The position numbers and the translations under genes were made by a program. A DNA stretch of 55,601 bases, taken from a virus. Taxonomy: Duplodnaviria; Caudoviricetes. The stretch spans positions 1 to 55,601 of IMG/VR virus record IMGVR_UViG_3300032291_000616. One strand, 5' to 3'. The first letter of the stretch is position 1. Every line of letters begins with the position of its first letter. Below are positions 42,764 to 50,493 of the stretch, in pieces. The notes under the pieces are model-generated. The model ran no database searches, had not been told where the DNA came from, and saw nothing but the letters and a program-made list of their open reading frames with translations.

Positions 42764-44004
42764 CAGAATGCACCCCCAGCAACGCCACCTGTGAAGGTGC
42801 CGGTGCCACTGATCGTCAAGCCGGTGGCCGACAACGTGAAGAGGTTGGTACCCAAGATGCCGATGTTGAATTGGCCCGAGGCGGCGCGGTACACACCGGT
42901 GGTCGGCTCAGAACCAAAGTACAAGGCAGGGCTGGATACGGTGCCGTCAATCAAACCAAGGGCAGACGCACCAGCCAGCACGGTGTTGGCGTTCACAAGG
43001 TTGACCGAGTCGCAAATCAGTGTGGCCTGCTGGTTCGAGGCAATCGTCGCCTCGGAGCCGCCGGTGTTGGTTGTGAGTTTGATCGTGTAGTTCGACACAC
43101 CGCCGACGGTGGCGTTCTGGACGTAGTACACCTGCACCGTCTGCGGGACGATGATCGTGGCGTTGCTCGAGAGCGTGCCGGTGAACTTCAGGATCACGTT
43201 CGACGCCTCGGCGGCTGTCAGGGTGATGGTTCCGCCGGTGACGGCTTTTGTCAGTTGCGTGAAAGCGAACTGGGTCGACTTGCCCAAGCCCACGGTATAG
43301 AAGGCCGCGCCAGAGCAGACGATGATGCAGGAGTCGCTTGGCTGAAGAATCAGCGATGCGGAGCCGTTGATCACGTCACCGCCAGAGCAGGCCACGGTCA
43401 ATGCGCCGGTACCGCTGTTGCGGAGGAACATGAACCAGTTATTGCCCAGCGTGGTCACGCCAGACAGGGTCAGCGTGCCAGCGCCGCCAGTCCACACATA
43501 GGTGTTCGAGCGGTCAGTTGTCAGCGCGGTGTAATTTGACGAGAAGGTGGTGACCGGCTGGGACTGGTTCAGCGTCTGGCCGATCGCCAGCAAGCCATAG
43601 CCCGCCAGAGTGGCCGCATCGGCCCCAGAAGAGCCGATCCCGAAGGCGATGATGCCCCATGTGCCAGTGACGGTCGGATTGGCCGTGATGTAGATGTAGC
43701 GGGCCTCGCCAGCGGGGATCGAGATGATCGTGTTCGCGCCGCCAAAATCCTTGACCGTGAAGGTCGTAGCGCCCACGTTGCGGATCATTGCATCCTGACC
43801 GACCGATGCTTGGTTGGCAGGAGGCATATAAAGCGAAAGGCCCGCAGAGGAGGCTGTGACCTCCATGATGCGGGCGGCGTAGTCGTCGGTGGCGTTTCCG
43901 TTGATCGGCCACTCCAACTGCGTGTTCGCTGATAGGGTGATGGCTCGGTAGGAAACGTCGGTTGGTTGGATGACGTTGCCGGTGAAGGGGCTGTTGTAAC
44001 TCAT
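42763..44004 (-). CDS. Tail structural/fibre-like protein
   Basis: 413 aa Thr/Gly/Ser-rich; repeated LP.......G.....RN.G modules; DGT...PAL.F.SE..TG.YR. Confidence 0.7.
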   Translation of the reverse strand: MSYNSPFTGNVIQPTDVSYRAITLSANTQLEWPINGNATDDYAARIMEVTASSAGLSLYMPPANQASVGQDAMIRNVGATTFTVKDFGGANTIISIPAGEARYIYITANPTVTGTWGIIAFGIGSSGADAATLAGYGLLAIGQTLNQSQPVTTFSSNYTALTTDRSNTYVWTGGAGTLTLSGVTTLGNNWFMFLRNSGTGALTVACSGGDVINGSASLILQPSDSCIIVCSGAAFYTVGLGKSTQFAFTQLTKAVTGGTITLTAAEASNVILKFTGTLSSNATIIVPQTVQVYYVQNATVGGVSNYTIKLTTNTGGSEATIASNQQATLICDSVNLVNANTVLAGASALGLIDGTVSSPALYFGSEPTTGVYRAASGQFNIGILGTNLFTLSATGLTISGTGTFTGGVAGGAF

Positions 44005-44006
44005 GG

Positions 44007-44642
44007 TCAGGTATCCAATACTGCGGCTTGACGGTCACCAATGCGCTGAACATCTTCTTGCTTCAGCGTCTGCATGATTGCGTCGTAGTTGGCTTGCCAC
44101 ATCTGCATTCTGCTGTCGTTCTTCAGGAACGGCATGGCCTGCAAGAGAGAGCCATACAGCATTGCTTGTGGTGCGTAAGTGGTGAACCAGTTGGTCTGGT
44201 TGGAAGAATCAAGCGGCTGGACTCGCTCGTAGTACAGCACCTCGAAGACGTAGTCGTCATCAGGGGTGGGGGCCACGAGCCAGTGGGTGTAATCGTAGTC
44301 TGCGTAGTAGGCCGGAACATCAGTCTCGGTTGGGTTCGGCCAATACTCGCGCAGGTACTCGTACTTGCGGAGCAGAACGGGCTGTTTGACGCCACCCACA
44401 GTGACGTTCATGGAGACAGTCTTGTGCCAGCGTGCTGGCTTGTCGATGATCGGCTGGTTGGACGTCATCGTGGACGTCATGGGCGTCAGGTTGCCAAGGA
44501 ACTTGATCTGGCTGGCGATGATCTGCTCGGCCAGCATGATGAAGGTCGGGATTTTCTCGAGCGTCGCGGTGTCGGTGCGCTCAAGGTACGAAGAGACGTC
44601 TGCAACCAGAGAGTCATACGTCATTACTGCGGCAGTTGTCAC
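44007..44642 (-). CDS. Head-tail adaptor / tail tubular protein A-like
   Basis: MTY.SL...V..YLER.D, IPTFI.LAE, VAPTPD..Y..E..YY, NW....AP...LYGSL..A..FLK. Confidence 0.8.
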   Translation of the reverse strand: MTTAAVMTYDSLVADVSSYLERTDTATLEKIPTFIMLAEQIIASQIKFLGNLTPMTSTMTSNQPIIDKPARWHKTVSMNVTVGGVKQPVLLRKYEYLREYWPNPTETDVPAYYADYDYTHWLVAPTPDDDYVFEVLYYERVQPLDSSNQTNWFTTYAPQAMLYGSLLQAMPFLKNDSRMQMWQANYDAIMQTLKQEDVQRIGDRQAAVLDT

Positions 44643-44657
44643 TTTGCGGCTCCTCCA

Positions 44658-44996
44658 TCACACGTTGCGTTCAAAATGCGGGCAGTCCACGAGCGACTTG
44701 AAATTCCCACCCCAGCGGTTTTTGGGGTGCAAAGACTCCCAAAATGCACCTATTGGTGCCAGCGTTGTTTTATCCCAAATTATCTTACCGTCCTTGAAGA
44801 AATTCAAGTCGATGGCGCATCTCTTCAGGTGAATCGAATTCATGGTCTTGGAGCGGCCTGCTTTGACGTGGAGCGCCTGTTGTTCAGGTGTCCGGGCCAA
44901 TTCCCCGCCAGTAACCATAAAACCCTGCTGGGTGGCGTACTGGATCAACTTGCAGGCATCGAGCAAAAATGCGGCTTGTTCTTGTGACAGGCTCAT
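44658..44996 (-). CDS. Endolysin, peptidase M15 family
   Basis: RT.EQQ, SKTMNS.HL..CAID, WGG.F, D.PHFE. Confidence 0.88.
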   Translation of the reverse strand: MSLSQEQAAFLLDACKLIQYATQQGFMVTGGELARTPEQQALHVKAGRSKTMNSIHLKRCAIDLNFFKDGKIIWDKTTLAPIGAFWESLHPKNRWGGNFKSLVDCPHFERNV

Positions 44997-45526
44997 TGTT
45001 TGCCCTCCGTGAGTTGCTTGATGGTCTCATCCTTGTCTTTCGACCCACGGGTTGTACCGAACTCGAAAGAGTAGATGTTATCGAGGTAGCCGAGGAAGCG
45101 GCCCAAAACGAGCGTAAAGATGCCCTTAACGTACTCATTGATGCTCTGGTCTTTCCAGACAATCCAGACCATGGAGCCGACCATTACAACGGCCAAGAAG
45201 AACATCAAATTGGCCCGGTTGTTGGTCATGCCTCGCTTGATGAATTCAGCGTCTCTGGTGCGGGCTGAATCGCGGTCAGCGACTTCAATCTTGAACCCCT
45301 CCAACTCTTGCTTGGCCTTCTCAATGCCGAGTTCCAGCAGGCGCTCTTCATGATCAAACTGCAACTGGCGCAGTTTCTCAACGGTCGCAGGAGATGGATC
45401 GTCAGGAATCTTGAAGCCAATCGCGTTTTCGACGACCTCTTTACCCTTTGCTTGGATCGCAGATGACAAAAGGCCCAGACCATTCTGGGCCAATGTGCCT
45501 AGCAAGGATGCAACGATTGGAACCAT
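44993..45526 (-). CDS. Holin-like membrane protein
   Basis: DR.SAR.R, two C-terminal TM helices, F.FG...GS..KD; adjacent to endolysin. Confidence 0.7.
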   Translation of the reverse strand: MVPIVASLLGTLAQNGLGLLSSAIQAKGKEVVENAIGFKIPDDPSPATVEKLRQLQFDHEERLLELGIEKAKQELEGFKIEVADRDSARTRDAEFIKRGMTNNRANLMFFLAVVMVGSMVWIVWKDQSINEYVKGIFTLVLGRFLGYLDNIYSFEFGTTRGSKDKDETIKQLTEGKQ

Positions 45527-45795
45527 TATTTTTTCCCCATTTTTTCGCGCTCCTCGAGCAATCTGACTTTGACTTGCAACTCGTTAATGTGTTGCATCAA
45601 CTGCTCTTTTTGCATGGCTCGGCGCTCGGCAGAGATGGGGCTGTCCGTTGGGACGCCCTCTTTGGTGATCAAGGCAGGCATTGCGCCCTCAATCTTGGTG
45701 AGGCGATTGGAAAAGTCAGCGACTTGACCAAGTAGCCACGCAAGCGCGGCGACCACGATTGGAATTACTGCCTTGAGTACGTCTGACCATGCCAT
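45526..45795 (-). CDS. Membrane-anchored coiled-coil protein (lysis region)
   Basis: N-terminal TM (VIPIVVAALAWLL) followed by coiled coil. Confidence 0.65.
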   Translation of the reverse strand: MAWSDVLKAVIPIVVAALAWLLGQVADFSNRLTKIEGAMPALITKEGVPTDSPISAERRAMQKEQLMQHINELQVKVRLLEEREKMGKK

Positions 45796-46016
45796 TACTT
45801 GTCCGCCTTGTTGTCGAGTTTTGCAAAAATCTGCTTGCAGATGTCCTTGATCTCGTCGATGTCTCGGTGGTAGTCTTCCTTGGAGACATAGGTCTTGGGC
45901 ATCTCTCGGACATCGGCGTCAAGACGCTCGATGGCCTTCGTGATGTTGTTCAAGACCCAGCCCCCAAAGAAGGCGGCGATCCCTACGACGATGTTGAAGA
46001 TCGCCTGTGATTCCAT
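45795..46016 (-). CDS. Membrane-anchored coiled-coil protein (lysis region)
   Basis: N-terminal TM, MP..YV.KEDY, IF.KLD.K.DK. Confidence 0.7.
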   Translation of the reverse strand: MESQAIFNIVVGIAAFFGGWVLNNITKAIERLDADVREMPKTYVSKEDYHRDIDEIKDICKQIFAKLDNKADK

Positions 46017-46162
46017 TACTCAGCCTTTGTTTCTTCTTTCGGTTGATTCTTCGCTTCAGCCTGCATAGCCTCGACGAGTTGGAACACCTCTTGGTAGGGA
46101 CGAGACCCAAGGTATCCGATGATTGCGTTGAGCAGTTGCTCAGAGATCAGGAGTTGTTTCAT
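46016..46162 (-). CDS. Small conserved protein (48 aa, not in ORF track)
   Basis: Manual translation MKQLLISEQLLNAIIGYLGSRPYQEVFQLVEAMQAEAK...; AAGGA RBS. Confidence 0.7.
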   Translation of the reverse strand: MKQLLISEQLLNAIIGYLGSRPYQEVFQLVEAMQAEAKNQPKEETKAE

Positions 46163-46213
46163 TGCCGTTTCCTTAAAAAATTCCGCTGTTGTGGGTCAGC
46201 GGTTCACCCTTTT

Positions 46214-46372
46214 TTATTCGTCAGCAGGCAGGGGCGTATTTCCTTCGGCAAGCCACTTTAGGTAGGCTTGGTAGTCCGCGTTTCCTTCAGCAAAAGGAAT
46301 GCAAGCGTTGTCGGATGTTCTCACGACCACATTTGCGATGTGGCCCTGTATGTCTTTAAGTAGTTTGTACAT
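46214..46372 (-). CDS. Tail fibre assembly chaperone-like protein (52 aa)
   Basis: Manual translation ...IPFAEGNADYQAYLKWLAEGNTPLPADE; paralogue of 48254-48430. Confidence 0.75.
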   Translation of the reverse strand: MYKLLKDIQGHIANVVVRTSDNACIPFAEGNADYQAYLKWLAEGNTPLPADE

Positions 46373-47485
46373 TTATAACTCCGCAGAAAATGCGATTGCA
46401 AATGCCGTGCCTTGGTCTTTTGCCAAGAAAACAGAAGCACCAGAAGAGAACACAGCGGCAGAAGTAAAGTCAATTCGACAGCCATTGGCGGTCAAGTATG
46501 GGGTAGTCAATGTGAGGGCCACAGTAAACGCCGCGCCATCTATATACCCGCTCCCCGTGTATGAAAATGTAGGAGGAACCCGCATTGGTATTGGGTATTG
46601 TTTGTAGAAACGACCCGAACTTGAGTTTGGGCAACCGCCCGGCGCAAAATAGTCATACTGACCATTTAGGCCCACATTGTTGAAGAAATACCTCTGGCAC
46701 AAAGACAACTCCGTCCCATACGAACGGAAGTCGAACGATGTGGCTACAGTGCCTACTTCAATCTGGGCCGCAGTGATTCGGAATGTCGCACCAGTGGTCT
46801 CAGACAAGGCGACGGTTCCTTGCACACCACGAGAGCCACCAGAAGATGCCCACACATTCGCTGTCGGTTGCAACGAACTGCTACCGCTTCCCAAGTTCAA
46901 CTGAAGGCGCATCGAGGCAACATTGGTTGTGGGCCAAGTACCAGTGGTGCTACCGGGAATGGAAACGGCTACAGGAGTCCAAGTATTTGCCGAAGAAATC
47001 GTGAAGGTGAAACCATAAACTTGATCTCCAGCATTGCTTAGAATGCATCCACTGAATGTTCCGGTGAGACTGGACTTGACCTGAAACGAAACAACAATAC
47101 CTTTGGCGCTTGCAGTACCAAAAGCAAGGTCAATGATGTTCAGCCCCTCGATGTATTGGGCAAGCAAACGACTGTCACTTGATGTGGTTGCAACGCCAGT
47201 GCCGTTGGTAACTAACAAGGAATACTGATACCCAGCAGGAGCATCAGTTGACTGCTGGCAAGTCATTGTGGTGCTGTTGGTGCCAAGGTTCTGCACAAAC
47301 CAGCGGTCAGTGATAAACGCTTGAGATGTTGCGGTTGGGACAGAAACAGACGCGCCCGCGTTCCTCTGATCGACCCGCATATCGCCGTTGATCAATTTAT
47401 TTTTGAAGGACGTCGCATCACCAGCGCCCAGCGAGTAGCCAGACTCTGTGGTCATCTTTTCTGCTTGTACTGTTCCGTAACTCAT
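46373..47485 (-). CDS. Tail fibre / receptor-binding protein with carbohydrate-binding-like domain
   Basis: FKNKLINGDMRVDQR, DRW, Q.EVG.VATSFD, EL.LCQRYF, SAEL. Confidence 0.75.
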   Translation of the reverse strand: MSYGTVQAEKMTTESGYSLGAGDATSFKNKLINGDMRVDQRNAGASVSVPTATSQAFITDRWFVQNLGTNSTTMTCQQSTDAPAGYQYSLLVTNGTGVATTSSDSRLLAQYIEGLNIIDLAFGTASAKGIVVSFQVKSSLTGTFSGCILSNAGDQVYGFTFTISSANTWTPVAVSIPGSTTGTWPTTNVASMRLQLNLGSGSSSLQPTANVWASSGGSRGVQGTVALSETTGATFRITAAQIEVGTVATSFDFRSYGTELSLCQRYFFNNVGLNGQYDYFAPGGCPNSSSGRFYKQYPIPMRVPPTFSYTGSGYIDGAAFTVALTLTTPYLTANGCRIDFTSAAVFSSGASVFLAKDQGTAFAIAFSAEL

Positions 47486-47655
47486 GCTGTTACTCCTGCA
47501 AGTTGCTCGTCAGTTGGACGAGGCAGTGTTGGGTGGTTCCATTCCTTGAGGTAGTCACCGCGACCATCACTGTCGTTTTGCAAGACGATTGTTCTTACGA
47601 AATCGCGGTCGGCAACTTCAGGGTAGATTGCTTTAATTTTTTCGTAGAGTGTCAT
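47482..47655 (-). CDS. XkdW-like small tail protein (57 aa)
   Basis: Manual translation MTLYEKIKAIYPE...LQNDSDGRGDYLKEWNHPTLPRPTDEQL. Confidence 0.75.
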   Translation of the reverse strand: MTLYEKIKAIYPEVADRDFVRTIVLQNDSDGRGDYLKEWNHPTLPRPTDEQLAGVTA

Positions 47656-48257
47656 CATGCAGTCCTTGCCAAATAGCCAGAAAAATATGTGTAGTTGGAA
47701 TAGCCTGCAAACTCGGGGCTTGCTCCAAGGCTAAATCCATAACCCTCTAAATAATCTGTTGAACCGTTCAAATAGATTAAAGATGAAGCGCTTGCCGTCC
47801 AATCATCTAAAGTTCCAGAGGCTGAAGCGTAGTTTGAACAGTTTTTCCAATTACTACCGTTTTTGTAAATAGACACCAAGCAAGCCTGAAATGTGTTTGA
47901 TAAACACGACATTGTCAATTGCACAAAATAATACCCAGCAACTGTTGGCTGGAAGCGATAGTTTGTTGTGCTGTCAAAAGCGTTTGCAGTATCAAACTCT
48001 TCGGCATTAAATTGAATTTTTGTCCAAACCCCACTTGATACCGTTTGATTGCCAGTCCTATTGACACTAAACGCAGGGCCGTTGCCAGCCACATTAGAGG
48101 CCAGCATAGCCTGCGTAACAGAGCCAGTCGAGGCGGTGGTGACCAGCGTGCCAGTGTTGTCTGGCAGTGTCAGCGTGCGGTCGGTATTGCTGTTTGGGCT
48201 GGCAATCGTGAAGATGCCTGTGCCGCTGGCGTTACCAGCGAGTTGTACCTTGCTCAT
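47655..48257 (-). CDS. Tail fibre protein with C1q-like C-terminal domain
   Basis: RTLTLPD..GT, PAFS, K.QF..EEFDT..AFD...YRF.P.VAGYY, YLNG.TDY.E. Confidence 0.75.
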   Translation of the reverse strand: MSKVQLAGNASGTGIFTIASPNSNTDRTLTLPDNTGTLVTTASTGSVTQAMLASNVAGNGPAFSVNRTGNQTVSSGVWTKIQFNAEEFDTANAFDSTTNYRFQPTVAGYYFVQLTMSCLSNTFQACLVSIYKNGSNWKNCSNYASASGTLDDWTASASSLIYLNGSTDYLEGYGFSLGASPEFAGYSNYTYFSGYLARTA

Positions 48258-48430
48258 GCTTGCGCTCCTTGTTCGTCAGCGGGTAGGGGTGTATTGCCCT
48301 CGGCAAGCCACGCTAGGTAGGCTCGGTAGTCTGTGTTGCCTTCGGCGAAGGGGATGCTGATGTTTTGACCAATGATGGTCACAGCGCAATCTTCACCATA
48401 TTGGTTTTTTTGAAGTTTGTATTGAATCAT
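48254..48430 (-). CDS. Tail fibre assembly chaperone-like protein
   Basis: Start MIQYKLQK; IPFAEGNTDYRAYLAWLAEGNTPLPADE. Confidence 0.75.
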   Translation of the reverse strand: MIQYKLQKNQYGEDCAVTIIGQNISIPFAEGNTDYRAYLAWLAEGNTPLPADEQGAQA

Positions 48431-48431
48431 T

Positions 48432-49508
48432 TTAAAACTCCGCTGAATAGCCGATAACGGCGCTTGAGTTGTTGCCCAAAAGATTGCATCCTGCACCTCC
48501 GCTTCCTGCACTGGTCACGTTCAGAGTTGCACTATCTGTCTCTCCCGCATTCCAAGAAATTGAAGTAGTTACAACTGAACCAGCGCCGTTAAGGGCTTCT
48601 ACGTTAAAGTGGCTTACAGAAGAAACTGAAACGCTCGGAGTTGTTCTCATGGTGACTTTAAAAAACACCGTTGGGAATGATTGGCCAAGTGAGCCGTTGC
48701 CACTTATGGCGTGACGCGTATTACCACCCCCAGTAGTTTTGTAGAAGTACCGCTGGCACAAAGCCAACTCAGTGCCAATGCTGAGGACATCAAAAGAAGA
48801 CGCAACACTTCCAAATTCCATCTGGACTTGCGACAACATAATTCCATCACCGCTGACGTTTGCGCCAAGAACAAACTCAAGCGAAAGAGAGCCAAAAGTA
48901 GTTGGCAGTGTTTTGGTCACGGTGTAACGTGTCCAAGTAGTTGTCAGCGTCACAGAGGTATCGCTGTTAGTCCCTGCAAAAAGACAAGTTCCATCAATAC
49001 CAGCAATCGTTCTGGTGCGAACAGTCAGCGCAGTTGAGCCAGCGTTTGAATTTACTGAGCGCGCCATAAATGAAATGGTTACAGTTGTGTTCTGCAAGTC
49101 CAAGCAATTCATGTACTCAATCTGCTGACCCATTTGCATAAACGCATTGGATGCACTTGCAACAAACTTCCACGCATAACGGCTACCCGTCGGGAGGCTG
49201 GATGTCTCTTGGCTAACAGTCCCGCCAGTAGGAAACGCAGACGCCCATCGGTCTGCTAGGTAGGTATTTCCGGTTGCAGTTGTGCTTGTTCCGCGTTGCC
49301 AGATGTCCATGCTTCCGTTGATGATTCGGTTTTTGAAGCCAAAGGTGCTTGAGGCATTCCAAACGGTTGTGCCACCTGCGGCGGCGGCAACTTCGTTCGC
49401 GCTTGGGTAAAAAATACCAGTGTCGGTATCGTTGCCCTTGAACGCAGGCGTGGAGGCGGAACCATCCACCCCCGCAATGCCAGTCGTTCCGTTGATTGTG
49501 ATGGACAT
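48432..49508 (-). CDS. Tail fibre / receptor-binding protein, paralogue of 46373-47485
   Basis: DGSASTPA..G.D.DTGIF, FKNRIING.M.IWQR, ADRW, ELALCQRYF, SAEF. Confidence 0.75.
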   Translation of the reverse strand: MSITINGTTGIAGVDGSASTPAFKGNDTDTGIFYPSANEVAAAAGGTTVWNASSTFGFKNRIINGSMDIWQRGTSTTATGNTYLADRWASAFPTGGTVSQETSSLPTGSRYAWKFVASASNAFMQMGQQIEYMNCLDLQNTTVTISFMARSVNSNAGSTALTVRTRTIAGIDGTCLFAGTNSDTSVTLTTTWTRYTVTKTLPTTFGSLSLEFVLGANVSGDGIMLSQVQMEFGSVASSFDVLSIGTELALCQRYFYKTTGGGNTRHAISGNGSLGQSFPTVFFKVTMRTTPSVSVSSVSHFNVEALNGAGSVVTTSISWNAGETDSATLNVTSAGSGGAGCNLLGNNSSAVIGYSAEF

Positions 49509-49518
49509 TCTTTTCTCC

Positions 49519-50493
49519 TTAAATCACTGTCCAGACAGAACCGCTCGATACCGTCACGGTGATGCCTGAATCTACTGTTACTGGGCCAGCCGACATTGCG
49601 TTGGAACCTGATGGGATTGTGTAGTCAGCCGACACGGTCTGGCTGTTCACAAAGATGCCGTTGCCTGCCACCAACTCGCTTGACTGGAATTCACCAGTGC
49701 TGGGCTTGTATAAGAGTTTCGCATTGCTCGTGTAAATTGTCGAGGCAGTGCCACTTGTTGCGGCGGCGAAAAGCGGATAGACGTTGCTCGAGGTCGAGGT
49801 GTCGTTGCTCAGTGCCGCACCGCCCACAGAAGCCCAAGTCGTGCCGTTGTAGCCCTCAAACTCGGTCGTAGTAGTGTTGAAGCGCAACATACCCGAAGCA
49901 GGGCTTCCGGGGCGCTGTGCAGTCGTACCCTTGCTGATCGTCAGAGAACCGGTCGACGAGAAGGCCGAGTCAGCGGTCGCAGTCAGTGCGCCGGTGATCG
50001 CCAGAGTCGTGCCGTTCCATGTCAGGTTGGACGAGTCGGACAGCAAGCCAGAAGCGCCAGCAAAGGTCACGCGACCCGATGTCAAGCCACTGCTACGAAC
50101 CTGCGTGGCGGTAAAGTTTGTGCCGTCCCAAGTCAGGCCAGAGGCGTCAGTCAAGAGGCCGGACGCACCTGCAAAGGTCACGCGGCCAGAAGTCAGCGCG
50201 GAGTCCTTGATGCTGGTAACCGTGAGGAACGAGCCATCCCATGTCAGACCAGCCGCACCAGCGACCGTGCCAGACGAGTTGAACAGCACCTGAGTGTTCG
50301 TGGAGGTGCCCACACCACCCTTGGTGCCGATGACCTGCACGACGCCTGCGCTGTCCTTGTAGAACAGTTTGCCGTCAGCGATGTTGATCGCCAGTTCAGC
50401 GCCGTTGACGTTGCTCAGGTTCGCGGCCAGCGGGACAGCCGAAGCCGTCGAACTGGCGTAGATTTTGATCGGGGTGTAGCCTGTTTGAGCCAT
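49519..50493 (-). CDS. Tail fibre protein
   Basis: ELAIN.ADGKLFYKD, LTSGRVTFAGASGLL twice, GTTAQRP...G.LRFN.....FEGY. Confidence 0.78.
   Translation of the reverse strand: MAQTGYTPIKIYASSTASAVPLAANLSNVNGAELAINIADGKLFYKDSAGVVQVIGTKGGVGTSTNTQVLFNSSGTVAGAAGLTWDGSFLTVTSIKDSALTSGRVTFAGASGLLTDASGLTWDGTNFTATQVRSSGLTSGRVTFAGASGLLSDSSNLTWNGTTLAITGALTATADSAFSSTGSLTISKGTTAQRPGSPASGMLRFNTTTTEFEGYNGTTWASVGGAALSNDTSTSSNVYPLFAAATSGTASTIYTSNAKLLYKPSTGEFQSSELVAGNGIFVNSQTVSADYTIPSGSNAMSAGPVTVDSGITVTVSSGSVWTVI

Noticed and set aside
45526-46016. Rz/Rz1 spanin pair
   Set aside because: Both are TM + coiled-coil proteins, but I found no lipobox-containing partner, so a spanin call is unsupported
46214-49508. 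Diversity-generating retroelement or invertase-driven fibre switching
   Set aside because: No reverse transcriptase or recombinase gene; paralogue differences are not adenine-specific; all cassettes are in the same orientation
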